Shown here in pieces: positions 22,630 to 31,897 of a stretch of DNA of 32,000 nt. The stretch covers positions 35,784-67,783 of the forward strand of contig PEXK01000050.1 in the NCBI GenBank assembly GCA_002779075.1, read 5' to 3'. The position numbers and the translations under genes were made by a program. Within the stretch, counting starts at the first letter, position 1. The number at the start of each line of letters is the position of its first letter. Origin of the DNA: Candidatus Diapherotrites archaeon CG08_land_8_20_14_0_20_30_16 (GTDB lineage: Archaea > Iainarchaeota > Iainarchaeia > Iainarchaeales > 0-14-0-20-30-16). Under the pieces are notes generated by a model. It was not told where the DNA came from, searched no databases, and saw nothing but the letters and a program-made list of their open reading frames with translations.

Positions 22630-23826
22630 TTACAATCCAAACTTATAATACAATACAAGCCCAGCAACTAAAATTATTGCAACAATCACAAAAAGGTAAT
22701 TGTAATTTGATACACTGTGCCCAAAATAAATAGTTTGCGAATCGTATTGCTTCTCTGTTTTGTCTTTGTCATTTGCAAATAAAGAAACATCAAAGGTAAC
22801 AATCAGCTCTTTGTCTGACATTACTTTATATGAAAGAGTTTTAGTCTCGAAAGGTTTTAAAGTTAATTCGTATCTTTCATCTTGATTAAATTTACTTAAC
22901 CCATCTATCATTAAAACAGCTTGCTTGTTTTTATCACTATCATTCAATATTGTTAAACTTAGATTCCCTTGCTGATTTATGTCCATATATTTATTGGGAA
23001 TATTTAAAGTAACAAAGATCTCATCTAAATACACCCGGGCATTAGATATTAATGCATTTGAAAATTCATTAAAAACATAGCCGTTTACAGAATAGCTTAC
23101 TATTGCAGGAGATACAGTAAAAGACTTGCCTGTTAAAGGAACAACATTATACTCCAAAGAGATAGATTCATTTGGGCTTAATTTCTTTGTCAATGAAGGG
23201 GTTCCATTTTTTAACTTAAACCATTTAGTAAATATTTCATTATCATAAAATAAAAATACTTCTGCTTGGCCATAACCTGCATTCTTAAGTGTAACTTGTA
23301 TTGGTATTTTTTCATTTATTTTATAATTTTCACTTAAAAAAGACTTGCTAAAACTATCTTCTCCAAAATAGGGGATTTTATATGTGCCAATTTCCGAATC
23401 GCTATAAAGTTCAATTTTATCTTTTGCACTTCCACACAAATACAAATCTATTTTTCCTTTTTTAACAGACTCCAAAGGAATAAACAAATAATTATCTTGG
23501 CTATCGGAAACATAATGCCTATGATTTATATTGAAACCAAAAAGATTTCTGTTGTAAACTATGCCCAAATCTGATTGTACAAAAACGAAATCATCACTAT
23601 TTTCAGTTTCTTTCAAATGCAAAAGGAGACCTAAAATTCCAGGGGTATTCTTTAAGGTGTCTTTCTCTAATGCAGATAGATTTAAAGAAAAACAAGAATC
23701 TGAACCCACAAGTTTCAGAGGAGTATTCAGGTCTGAAAACTTATATGCTTTTCCTGGAAAGGACAAAGCAAAACTAAAACACAACAAAAAAATAGTACAA
23801 ACAACAAAAATAAGACACTTATTCAT
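22630..23826 (-). CDS. Cell-surface protein with signal peptide, CARDB-like beta-sandwich segments and a C-terminal TM anchor
   Basis: 398 aa. N-terminal hydrophobic signal (IFVVCTIFLLCFSFALS). Segments such as IPIQVTLKNAGYGQAEVFLFYDN and GNLSLTILNDSDKNKQAVLMIDG. C-terminal helix LFVIVAIILVAGLVLYY. Confidence 0.55.
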   Translation of the reverse strand: MNKCLIFVVCTIFLLCFSFALSFPGKAYKFSDLNTPLKLVGSDSCFSLNLSALEKDTLKNTPGILGLLLHLKETENSDDFVFVQSDLGIVYNRNLFGFNINHRHYVSDSQDNYLFIPLESVKKGKIDLYLCGSAKDKIELYSDSEIGTYKIPYFGEDSFSKSFLSENYKINEKIPIQVTLKNAGYGQAEVFLFYDNEIFTKWFKLKNGTPSLTKKLSPNESISLEYNVVPLTGKSFTVSPAIVSYSVNGYVFNEFSNALISNARVYLDEIFVTLNIPNKYMDINQQGNLSLTILNDSDKNKQAVLMIDGLSKFNQDERYELTLKPFETKTLSYKVMSDKELIVTFDVSLFANDKDKTEKQYDSQTIYFGHSVSNYNYLFVIVAIILVAGLVLYYKFGL

Positions 23827-23906
23827 TACAATCCCCTCTTTAGTCCCAATCTACTACTTATATATATTGCCTAAACTATTTAAATATATCCTAGTAACAT
23901 ACAGAA

Positions 23907-24458
23907 TTAGGGTATCTTGTGTGTATTCTTTATCCTTATTTTCTCTTTATTCCATTTGAAAAGAATCCATTTAAGCTTCTTCATATCCCTTTGTTTGTTT
24001 CCGTAAAGACTAACCTCACAAACGAGAGGCACAAATTTTTTTTGACCTAAACTGGCCAAAATTGTGTAGTACAATTGGTTTGTTTCTTGGACAAAAAGAT
24101 TGTCTAAAATCTTCGCATCAGGATATTTTCTTTTCTTCATTCTTTGCTTCAATTTTTGCTCAGACAAATGTAAAATAAATATATAATCCAATTGGAACTT
24201 GAATCTGTGTAGGCAATAAGGAAAAATCAATCCTTCTAAAATAAAATCTTGTTTGTGTGCAAGCTTTTTGTTTGTTTGTTTTGCAAATCTGCATAGATCT
24301 ACATCTTTTAATTTTAGGCCATATTCTTTTACTATTTTATAATTTGTTTTTGTTAAAAAATCTTTATCACTATATACTTTATAATTCAATTTTTTTGCTA
24401 AAGAAATTGACAGCGTAGATTTGCCAGTACAGGGTATTCCAGTAATAAGAATTTTCAT
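23907..24458 (-). CDS. P-loop NTPase, adenylate-kinase-like (Fap7/AK6-like)
   Basis: MKILITGIPCTGKSTLSISLAKKLNY Walker A. The ~180-aa length and overall collinearity fit archaeal Fap7-type kinases. The ORF extends to 24491, but the ATG at 24458 puts the P-loop at the N-terminus. Confidence 0.55.
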   Translation of the reverse strand: MKILITGIPCTGKSTLSISLAKKLNYKVYSDKDFLTKTNYKIVKEYGLKLKDVDLCRFAKQTNKKLAHKQDFILEGLIFPYCLHRFKFQLDYIFILHLSEQKLKQRMKKRKYPDAKILDNLFVQETNQLYYTILASLGQKKFVPLVCEVSLYGNKQRDMKKLKWILFKWNKEKIRIKNTHKIP

Positions 24459-24677
24459 ATTATTATCACTACAATTTAATATAACAAACATTTATCATTC
24501 TGCAAACTATTCACATTCTTCAAGTTTTTTAATTATTATCTGAAGGTTGTTTATCTTTTTTCATCATAATTCCCTTTTTTATTTGTACAGTTCATAATCT
24601 CTAACTATATATATAATATTGATTGATAAAGATTACTGTCATACTTGTGAAAATATCTATACCATTAAATAATCCTA

Positions 24678-25610
24678 TTATTTAAAATGACATAAAAGAG
24701 TTCTTTCATTACCAGTATTTGCAAATAACCAGAACACCTTTAAATATTTTGAATATGGTTCAAGTATTTTTTTTATTTTTTCTGTCCTTTGATCAATATA
24801 CTTCTTATTATCTCTATTAAATTTCAAAGTAAAAATCATTTGTGTTCCTTTAATATTTAGTTTTAATATACTTTTGAGAACTTCTTCTGGGTCTCTATTA
24901 ATATCACAAATTATAATATTTGGTTTATATTTATTTAACACCTCAATCACATCTTCTAGTTTTTGTTTAAGATGAATTATATTTTGACCCGACACTAAAA
25001 CTTCTGCAGGATCTACAGCGACAACTTTTTTTGCAATTGGTTTTAAGTACTCGCACCACCCGCCAGGTGCTGCTCCTAAATCAAAAACTAACTTGCCTTT
25101 AAAATCTATTTTTGTTTGAATAATAATTTCTTTTATTTTATAATAGGCTCGAGATGTGTGTTTTTGTTCTTCTGGTTTTCTATAAATCACATTCTTTAAT
25201 ATACTATAATGATATTCTTTATCCAATTGTACAATATTTAAAATATAATCAAATTTTGTGGGACTTAAAGCAAACCCCTTTTCATCCAACAAAGATAAAA
25301 ATGATGTTTGAAAAGTATTTGGATAGGCGACAAGTCTGATAGTTTTTTCTTTTATCATTAACAGTATCTCAGAACTATCTTTTGTACTGTTGGTTATTGG
25401 GAAAACACGTTCGATATATCTTAGAGGTATAGGATTTGTTTTTACAATTTCATCAAACTGTTTCAAATCACAATTAACTTTAATTAAGTCCTTTGTGACT
25501 ATATTTACTTCTAAGCCCAATACTTGAAAGAAGAGAATAAATCTATCATGTAAATCTTTGCTAATATTTAAATATAAAAGATTGGGTTCCATAATATTAT
25601 CCTTAAACAA
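24678..25610 (-). CDS. RlmM/FtsJ-family SAM-dependent RNA 2'-O-methyltransferase with an N-terminal THUMP-like region
   Basis: 310 aa. SRAYYKIKEII...GKLVFDLGAAPGGWCEYL...VVAVDPAE...IIICDI...FTLKF parallels the RlmM catalytic domain. Confidence 0.7.
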   Translation of the reverse strand: MFKDNIMEPNLLYLNISKDLHDRFILFFQVLGLEVNIVTKDLIKVNCDLKQFDEIVKTNPIPLRYIERVFPITNSTKDSSEILLMIKEKTIRLVAYPNTFQTSFLSLLDEKGFALSPTKFDYILNIVQLDKEYHYSILKNVIYRKPEEQKHTSRAYYKIKEIIIQTKIDFKGKLVFDLGAAPGGWCEYLKPIAKKVVAVDPAEVLVSGQNIIHLKQKLEDVIEVLNKYKPNIIICDINRDPEEVLKSILKLNIKGTQMIFTLKFNRDNKKYIDQRTEKIKKILEPYSKYLKVFWLFANTGNERTLLCHFK

Positions 25611-25720
25611 ATTATTTTCAATGTGATATTATTGTTGCAAACAATAAATGTATTGTATGGTTAAATTTGAAACTTTGGTTTTTTTGCAGGTCTAACAAAT
25701 CTCTTTCCACACATTAAGCA

Positions 25721-27232
25721 TCACATATACAATTCCAGATCTTTATCTTGCTGATTCTTTTTTTCTGAGAAGTTTTTAGACATTTGATGCAGATCTAAAT
25801 CATATTTGTTTGGTTGAGATTTTCTCTCTCTCACTTTAAAAAAAACAGGAAACTTAACGCTTGAACCAACAAGCAAAGCTTCACCAACATCCAATCCAGT
25901 AATAAGTTTTACACTGTTACTGTCAAGACCTTCTGATGATTCAGAAATGTGTTGCAAATCATTTGGATTTATTACTCTCAACAAAAGATGAGTATTACAT
26001 TGACTCAAAACAGTTGTTGACAAATTAATTGGTCTTTGAGAAACCAAACACAAACATGCACCAAACTTTCTTCCTTCTCTTGCAATTGTTTCAAATATGT
26101 GCCTGGATTTCATATATTCTTCAGAACCAGACTGAGGAATAAACTGATGTGCTTCTTCAAGAATTATTAAAAGGGGACTGATTTTATCTTCTCTACGCAA
26201 TTCAAAAAGTTTGTTTGAAATGTATGCTACAATAAGTTGCTTGCGTTGCATATTCAAAACATTTGATAAATCAATAATTGTTAATTTTCCTTGTTCAACA
26301 ATTTTAAATATATCAAAAGTGCTTGTTTTTGCAAAAATATTTTGTGATTCTGCTAAATTCAACCAACCAAGCAAAGGCTCTTTAACATTTGCTTTCAATT
26401 GGGATTCTTCAACATATTGCATTAAATCCTTTAAATCAAAAACTCTTTTTTCATCTGTTTCTCTAAACCCTCTCAATATCTGAAGCAATTCTCTTTGCTG
26501 TGTTTCGCTTATATTTCCTAGGAATTTGAAGAGAAGAGAATCATTGAGACTGTGAAGAGCAAATTTCATTTGAGATGCATCAAAATATCTAGTTTTATTA
26601 TGATAACTTACATATTCATTGGTTGCTGGTTCTGCAAAACTTTTATATTCGCCATGAACATCAAACAAAACAATTCCCAAACCTTTTTCTTTGGGTAGAT
26701 CTAAAAGTTCTTCCAGTAAAATTGATACTGCATACGTTTTTCCTGCACCACTCATAGCCAATATAGCTAAATGCTTTTGTAAAAGCTTTGACAAATCTAT
26801 TTTTACTTTAACTTTCTTTGTGTTTTCAGCTTCTATATCTCCTAAATACAAACCCTCTTCTGTGAAGCCTAAAAAGGTTACAATCTCCTCTGAATTAGCA
26901 AAATGTACCAAAGCACCAGAAAATGGAGGGTTTTGCACTCTTGTTCCTCTTTTATCTTTTATAGTTCCTAAAAGCTCAACTTCGACCAAAGTTTTGTGCC
27001 ATTCTTCTGTTGGAAACTTCCCTTTAAGGGTATCAAAATCAGTGTGGAGCTGCTCAAAAAACGGGTTAACCCTAAAGATACCTGTAATCAAACCAAAAAT
27101 AGGTTCTAAATGATCAATAGAAACAAACTGGCCAGCTTTTATTATTACATCATCATTTAATTGAAAATATGCTTTATCTATGCTTGGTGTCCCTTGATAG
27201 CTCAAAATTGTGCCTATTGCGTCTTTAACCAT
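25721..27232 (-). CDS. herA: HerA-like hexameric ATPase/helicase (DUF87)
   Basis: 503 aa. An N-terminal HAS-barrel-like region, Walker A LAILAMSGAGKTYAVSILLEELL, Walker B PLLIILEEAHQFIP, then LVSQRPINLS. Confidence 0.85.
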   Translation of the reverse strand: MVKDAIGTILSYQGTPSIDKAYFQLNDDVIIKAGQFVSIDHLEPIFGLITGIFRVNPFFEQLHTDFDTLKGKFPTEEWHKTLVEVELLGTIKDKRGTRVQNPPFSGALVHFANSEEIVTFLGFTEEGLYLGDIEAENTKKVKVKIDLSKLLQKHLAILAMSGAGKTYAVSILLEELLDLPKEKGLGIVLFDVHGEYKSFAEPATNEYVSYHNKTRYFDASQMKFALHSLNDSLLFKFLGNISETQQRELLQILRGFRETDEKRVFDLKDLMQYVEESQLKANVKEPLLGWLNLAESQNIFAKTSTFDIFKIVEQGKLTIIDLSNVLNMQRKQLIVAYISNKLFELRREDKISPLLIILEEAHQFIPQSGSEEYMKSRHIFETIAREGRKFGACLCLVSQRPINLSTTVLSQCNTHLLLRVINPNDLQHISESSEGLDSNSVKLITGLDVGEALLVGSSVKFPVFFKVRERKSQPNKYDLDLHQMSKNFSEKKNQQDKDLELYM

Positions 27233-27260
27233 AATATCACTATGTACAAAACAATTTAAA

Positions 27261-28556
27261 TTAACATAATAAATGATAATGCTCTACTGCCATTATTTTT
27301 TGTAGTACCCATTCTCCTAATCTTTGCTTTTTCTGTGAAGACTTACAAATAACTGAAATATAATTTCTTGTTCTCCCCAAATAATTCCCTTTTCCATCAA
27401 TATCATTAAAATAAACTTCTACTTTCTTGGCAACATATGTTTTTAATACTCTTTTTGATTCTTGCCTTGCTATTGTACTTAATATTGCTGATCTTTCTTT
27501 TTTTATTTCTGTTGGCAATTGTTTTAATTTTTGTGCTTCTGTAAAAGACATTGGCCAAAATTGCGAAACATTATTTATCAAAATATCATATCTCTTTGAA
27601 AACACCTTTGTTTTGTTGAAGTCCTTTTTTGTTTCATTAGGAAAACCAACAATAGTATCTGTTGCAATAGTTAATTCGTTATAGGAAAAATTATTTCTTA
27701 AATCTGTAAAGATCTTATTGACAACTTTTTCAGTATATGATCTTTTCATCAATTTTAAAACCTTGTTCGATGCACTTTGAATTGGAATGTGTAAAAATCT
27801 ATAAAACGCTTTTGTTTTTTTAAAGAAATCACACAATTGCAAAAGATACTTTTGCAAGAGCCAAGGATTAGACATTCCAAATCTAAACATTGCCTTGCCT
27901 TTAAATCTAGTTTCAATTGCATTTAGCAAATCCATATAGTTTAAGGCGAGATCTTTACCATAAGCTGCGTTATCTTCAGAACTCAGCCAAATTTCTTTTG
28001 CTCCACTTTTTATGTAATAATCTATTCTGTTTATAATGTTTGACAAGGGGTAACTATAGAACAAAGGTTTTGCATACCTTGTTTTGCAAAAAGTACATTT
28101 GCCCAAACAACCAATTAATGGCTGTACAATAGCAATAGTTTTAAAATCGCACAAAAGATTTGTTTTATCCAAGAATTTTGGTTCTAACAAATGCACTGGC
28201 TTATTTGTTTTCAAAATTTTATCACAAACACTAACTATTGAATCAATATTGTATGAATTAACCATGGAAAACTTGTAAAAGTTTTTAGTGAAGATTTTGT
28301 CGCAGGGCAAACAACCGAGAATAATTATTTTGTTCTTTTTGAGGGCCAATTTTAGAATGTAATCTTTTATTTTACTTACAGTTGGCCCCTTTACTGTACA
28401 GGTATTAACAAGAACAAAATTTGCATTTTTCAAATCAGTTTCCTTGTAACCAGAACAAATCAATAATTTCTTTACAAAACCAGAATCTGCAATATTTGAA
28501 GCACAACCATAGGTTTTAATAAAAAAGGTTTTTGGGGTTCTCATAAACAAGACCAT
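27261..28556 (-). CDS. Archaeal-type MiaB-like radical-SAM tRNA methylthiotransferase (CDKAL1/e-MtaB type)
   Basis: 431 aa. The three MTTase N-domain Cys are in YGCASN, NTCTV and LGCLP. The radical-SAM motif is CLGKCTFC (CxxxCxxC). A TRAM-like C-terminus is present. Confidence 0.85.
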   Translation of the reverse strand: MVLFMRTPKTFFIKTYGCASNIADSGFVKKLLICSGYKETDLKNANFVLVNTCTVKGPTVSKIKDYILKLALKKNKIIILGCLPCDKIFTKNFYKFSMVNSYNIDSIVSVCDKILKTNKPVHLLEPKFLDKTNLLCDFKTIAIVQPLIGCLGKCTFCKTRYAKPLFYSYPLSNIINRIDYYIKSGAKEIWLSSEDNAAYGKDLALNYMDLLNAIETRFKGKAMFRFGMSNPWLLQKYLLQLCDFFKKTKAFYRFLHIPIQSASNKVLKLMKRSYTEKVVNKIFTDLRNNFSYNELTIATDTIVGFPNETKKDFNKTKVFSKRYDILINNVSQFWPMSFTEAQKLKQLPTEIKKERSAILSTIARQESKRVLKTYVAKKVEVYFNDIDGKGNYLGRTRNYISVICKSSQKKQRLGEWVLQKIMAVEHYHLLC

Positions 28557-29728
28557 TAAATATTTTTTTTCATTCTTTTAGATAATTTCTTGACAAATCT
28601 TTTTGCGGGTTTTTTTATAGTTTTATACATGTGTTTTAATCTTCTATTATGTTTTGTTACAATTCTTATAGACTTAATCATCTTTGACAAAGATTGTATA
28701 AAATAAGTGTGCAAAGTCCAGACCTTTGTTTTTGTAGACACTAAGTAAACACCAGTAAACGCAACCCAAATCCAAATATTAAAAATTCTCTCCAAAATTG
28801 CAACAGTTAGCGCAACTTCTTTATTTATATTCGCTGTTTCTGCCAGATATACAAATGAGAATTCAAAGGCCCCTATTCCTCCTGGCAAAGAAGACGAACT
28901 TCCAACAAAATTAGCAATACCCCAAATTCCAAAAGCAATCCAAAAATTTACATCAAGACCAAAAAATAAAAACAAAAGATAAACCTTTAGTGCGCCAATA
29001 AAATATTTTACTAAAGATAGAAAAAAACCTAAAATAATAGCTGATTTATTTAATTTCAAAAACTCAATTAAAGAATCTTTTATTTTTGCTTTCATATTAG
29101 AAAAATAATCAACAGCTTTTCTCAAAACAGAGCTTTTAATCAAATATGTTCTAGTTTCATAAAATGAAAACCCAAAATAAACTATTCCAACAATACCTAT
29201 TAAAACTAAAACTATTTCTAAACCAACATCTGCTCTCGGAAAAACAAATAATGCAGCAATGGCAAAAAGCAAAGTGAAAAACGCTTCATAAAAGGAGTCT
29301 ATAACAACCAAAAAAGCAGTATTTTTAAGTTTGGTTCTGAAAAAATGCATAGATAATAGAAATCTATAATACATTCCCAAAGGTTTTGGGGGGATTGTAT
29401 TCGCAACAGTAGTTACAGAAACATAATCAAATATCATAGAACATTTACCAGTTCGCATCAATAATTTATATCTTATCCAACACAAAACATGTTCTATTAT
29501 CGACAACAAAAGTAATAACAGCAAGGCCCATACATTTAACTGTTTCAAAGATTTGAAAAATAGTTTCAGATCTAAATTAATTACTAAAATAATAATTAGA
29601 ACAATAGTTAAAACTACAAAAAGCATTGTCCGCCAATATGAAAAAAGAGGACTATTTCTTAAAAATAATGCGATCTTTTGAAATGCAGGGTTATCTTTTA
29701 TTTTCTTTTTAAATTCCATTTTGATCAA
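28556..29728 (-). CDS. Flippase-like / lysylphosphatidylglycerol-synthase TM-region family membrane protein (UPF0104)
   Basis: 390 aa with about 8 TM helices. The N-terminal pattern LFFKSLKQLNVWALLLLLLLSIIEHVLCWIRYKLLM is typical of TIGR00374-type proteins. Its stop overlaps the start of the MiaB-like gene. Confidence 0.65.
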   Translation of the reverse strand: MIKMEFKKKIKDNPAFQKIALFLRNSPLFSYWRTMLFVVLTIVLIIILVINLDLKLFFKSLKQLNVWALLLLLLLSIIEHVLCWIRYKLLMRTGKCSMIFDYVSVTTVANTIPPKPLGMYYRFLLSMHFFRTKLKNTAFLVVIDSFYEAFFTLLFAIAALFVFPRADVGLEIVLVLIGIVGIVYFGFSFYETRTYLIKSSVLRKAVDYFSNMKAKIKDSLIEFLKLNKSAIILGFFLSLVKYFIGALKVYLLFLFFGLDVNFWIAFGIWGIANFVGSSSSLPGGIGAFEFSFVYLAETANINKEVALTVAILERIFNIWIWVAFTGVYLVSTKTKVWTLHTYFIQSLSKMIKSIRIVTKHNRRLKHMYKTIKKPAKRFVKKLSKRMKKNI

Positions 29729-30765
29729 CCGAAAAGCAGTTTTATTTTATATGGGGATATGATTGAAAGACTATCAAAAGCAGTACCAAAATCTAATGCA
29801 AAATTTTTAAAACTCATTTTGTGAATCATTTCGTTCTTTTTTTCTTTAGACAAAGACCAAAATAGTTTTCCTTGTTTTTCATATTTATGTAATTCTTCAT
29901 CAAAATTCTTTGTTAAAAAAACATAGCTTACATTCTTCTTTGTCATTAGTTCGTGGCAAAACTTTCCTGTGAGCTGTACAAATCTAAGCTTTAATGTTAA
30001 ATTATAAAAATTTAGGTTATTTGCTGTTAATGCAGATGCCCCGCTCAAATATACATTTTTGTTAAAGAGAATTCTGTCTTTCTTGAAAAAGGGAATTAAA
30101 AAACCTCTTTTATAAATAATTTTTAATTCGTTTTCAAACATAAAATCAGATAAATCCTTTTCTGGATTTTCTGAAACAACACACAATTCTGCAACTCTAT
30201 CTGAATAATTAACAACCCAAATATAGCCAGTTTCCAAAAATTTAAGTGTTAATTTTCCTTTTTCTGATTTTCTTTCAACAGTTGCCTTTATACATTTTTT
30301 TGTTAATGATTCAAAAACAGTTTTAGCCAAACTAATATCATCAATACCTACAACATACTTTGATTTTATTAAGGTCCCATGCTCACCGTGTTGAATAAAT
30401 ATATTTTCATTATTTTTATCTATAAATGTTGCATTTTCATATATTTTACAATCTTTACTAATGCTCTTGAAAAGATCGTTTTTATATGTTGACATATTTA
30501 CTAATATTGTATTTGTTTGAGTTTCAAAAACATTGCCAAAAAGGTCTATTACTTCCATCGATATAATTCGAGTCAGCAATCCTTTTTGAAAATCAAAGCC
30601 CAACTCTTTAAATTGTTCTGGGTTTACCAATTCACAATCAGATTTATAATCAAATCTCTGTTTAGACAAAAATGTTATTGGCCAACCATGATCTTTTAAA
30701 TAGCGTCCCAAAATCAGTGCGTCCAAATCATTGCCAATTATCAAAAAGCTCATATATTCACCCAA
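29725..30765 (-). CDS. Geranylgeranyl-reductase-family homolog with degenerate FAD-binding motifs (probable pseudoenzyme)
   Basis: 346 aa and collinear with archaeal GGR. FLIIGNDLDALILGRYLKDHGWPITFLSK corresponds to VLVVGGGPGGSTAARY...L.IEK. YVVGIDDIS corresponds to VIAADG..S. TGYIWVV corresponds to GYIWVFP. VYLSGASALTANN corresponds to LVGDAA..IDP. The 4-nt overlap with the downstream flippase-like gene suggests translational coupling. Confidence 0.5.
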   Translation of the reverse strand: MGEYMSFLIIGNDLDALILGRYLKDHGWPITFLSKQRFDYKSDCELVNPEQFKELGFDFQKGLLTRIISMEVIDLFGNVFETQTNTILVNMSTYKNDLFKSISKDCKIYENATFIDKNNENIFIQHGEHGTLIKSKYVVGIDDISLAKTVFESLTKKCIKATVERKSEKGKLTLKFLETGYIWVVNYSDRVAELCVVSENPEKDLSDFMFENELKIIYKRGFLIPFFKKDRILFNKNVYLSGASALTANNLNFYNLTLKLRFVQLTGKFCHELMTKKNVSYVFLTKNFDEELHKYEKQGKLFWSLSKEKKNEMIHKMSFKNFALDFGTAFDSLSIISPYKIKLLFG

Positions 30766-30850
30766 CTGTACAAATATATAAAAAATGCTAATATTTATAA
30801 AGAGAAAGTGACAATATATTTTTAACTATTTATATATAAGGATCGATTAG

Positions 30851-31864
30851 ATGATCACAATAGATGCAAAACGGACTCATCCAGGGTTCATCCTCAGACT
30901 TGCCCTTTCTCTGGCAATTCTTGAAAAGAAACCCATAACTATTACTAATATACGGGTGGAAAATGAAAAACCAGGACTAACTTATGAAGACTTCATATAC
31001 TGCAAAATATTTGAACAGATTGCAGGTACAGAAGTTAAAGGAATAGAAAAAGGATCAACAGAAATGGTTTTTGAGCCAAAGACTATCAGATCTGCACAGC
31101 AAATAAACTTTAAATTTCCAGCATTAGTTACTGTTATGCTCCCTAGTCTTTTGCTTCTTTATCATCAAACAACACAGAAAATAAGTCTATCTGGTCCAAC
31201 AAACTATAATGACAAAATTAGCACAGATTATTTTCAAAACATTGTTGTCGAACTGTTACACAAAGTAGGAATATACGCAAAATTAGATATCACAAAAAGA
31301 GGATATGGTGATGATACTGGAAAAATAAGTCTTTATACAAAAGAGCCAACCCATGTAAAATATTTGGAATTAAAAGAAAAAGGCGATTTGATGCATTCTT
31401 TTGTATTAATACATTCTTATGGTCACAGTGAAATAATAAATAATTATATTATTGATGGAATAAAAAATGCATTAATTCAGAAAAATATTAATATTAATGA
31501 ATACAAAAGTGAATTTGTGGAAAATAGAGAAAAACGCAAAGGATATGGCGCCGATGCAATATTAATATATGAAAATACAATATTAGGAACAAATGTTTGT
31601 TCTACAACGAAACAGCCAAGCCAGTTAGGAAAAGAATTAGGAGACAAAATTGCAAGCACAATTTCAAGAGACACACCATTAGATACTCATGCAGGCAATA
31701 TAATTATTCCTTTTCTCGCTTATCACAAACAAAAATGTACAATTGTTTATCCTAAAAAGGATGAATATATGGACGATTGTCTTTATGTTTGTGAAACAAT
31801 TTTAGGAACTAAATACAAAAAAGAAGAAAGAGAAAAAGACATTCTTTTAGAACTTAACCCATAA
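30851..31864 (+). CDS. rtcA: RNA 3'-terminal phosphate cyclase family protein (RtcA/Rcl1-like; nucleophilic His apparently absent)
   Basis: 337 aa. N-terminal GFILRLALSLAILEKKPITITNIRVENEKPGL matches the RtcA/Rcl1 family core. LDTHAGNIIIPFLA matches the D.H..DQ motif region. Confidence 0.7.
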   Translation: MITIDAKRTHPGFILRLALSLAILEKKPITITNIRVENEKPGLTYEDFIYCKIFEQIAGTEVKGIEKGSTEMVFEPKTIRSAQQINFKFPALVTVMLPSLLLLYHQTTQKISLSGPTNYNDKISTDYFQNIVVELLHKVGIYAKLDITKRGYGDDTGKISLYTKEPTHVKYLELKEKGDLMHSFVLIHSYGHSEIINNYIIDGIKNALIQKNININEYKSEFVENREKRKGYGADAILIYENTILGTNVCSTTKQPSQLGKELGDKIASTISRDTPLDTHAGNIIIPFLAYHKQKCTIVYPKKDEYMDDCLYVCETILGTKYKKEEREKDILLELNP

Positions 31865-31870
31865 CCAAGC

Positions 31871-31897
31871 TTTTTTTTCTTTTCAAAAAGAAAAAAA
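31871..31897 (+). terminator. T8 tract plus an A/T-rich hairpin directly after the rtcA-like gene
   Basis: TTTTTTTTCTTTT-CA-AAAAGAAAAAAA begins 7 nt after the stop codon. Oligo-T acts as an archaeal terminator signal. Confidence 0.4.

Noticed and set aside
23561-23959. 132-aa plus-strand ORF spanning the 5' end of the surface-protein gene, the intergenic gap and the 3' end of the kinase-like gene
   Set aside because: It overlaps two better-supported minus-strand genes, and its translation looks like a shadow frame.
24500-24575. C/D-box sRNA-like strings on the minus strand (ATGATGA ... CAGA) in the gap between the methyltransferase and kinase-like genes
   Set aside because: There is no proper CUGA D box or C'/D' pair at sensible spacing, and no terminal stem. 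The ATGATGA alone is expected by chance in AT-rich DNA.
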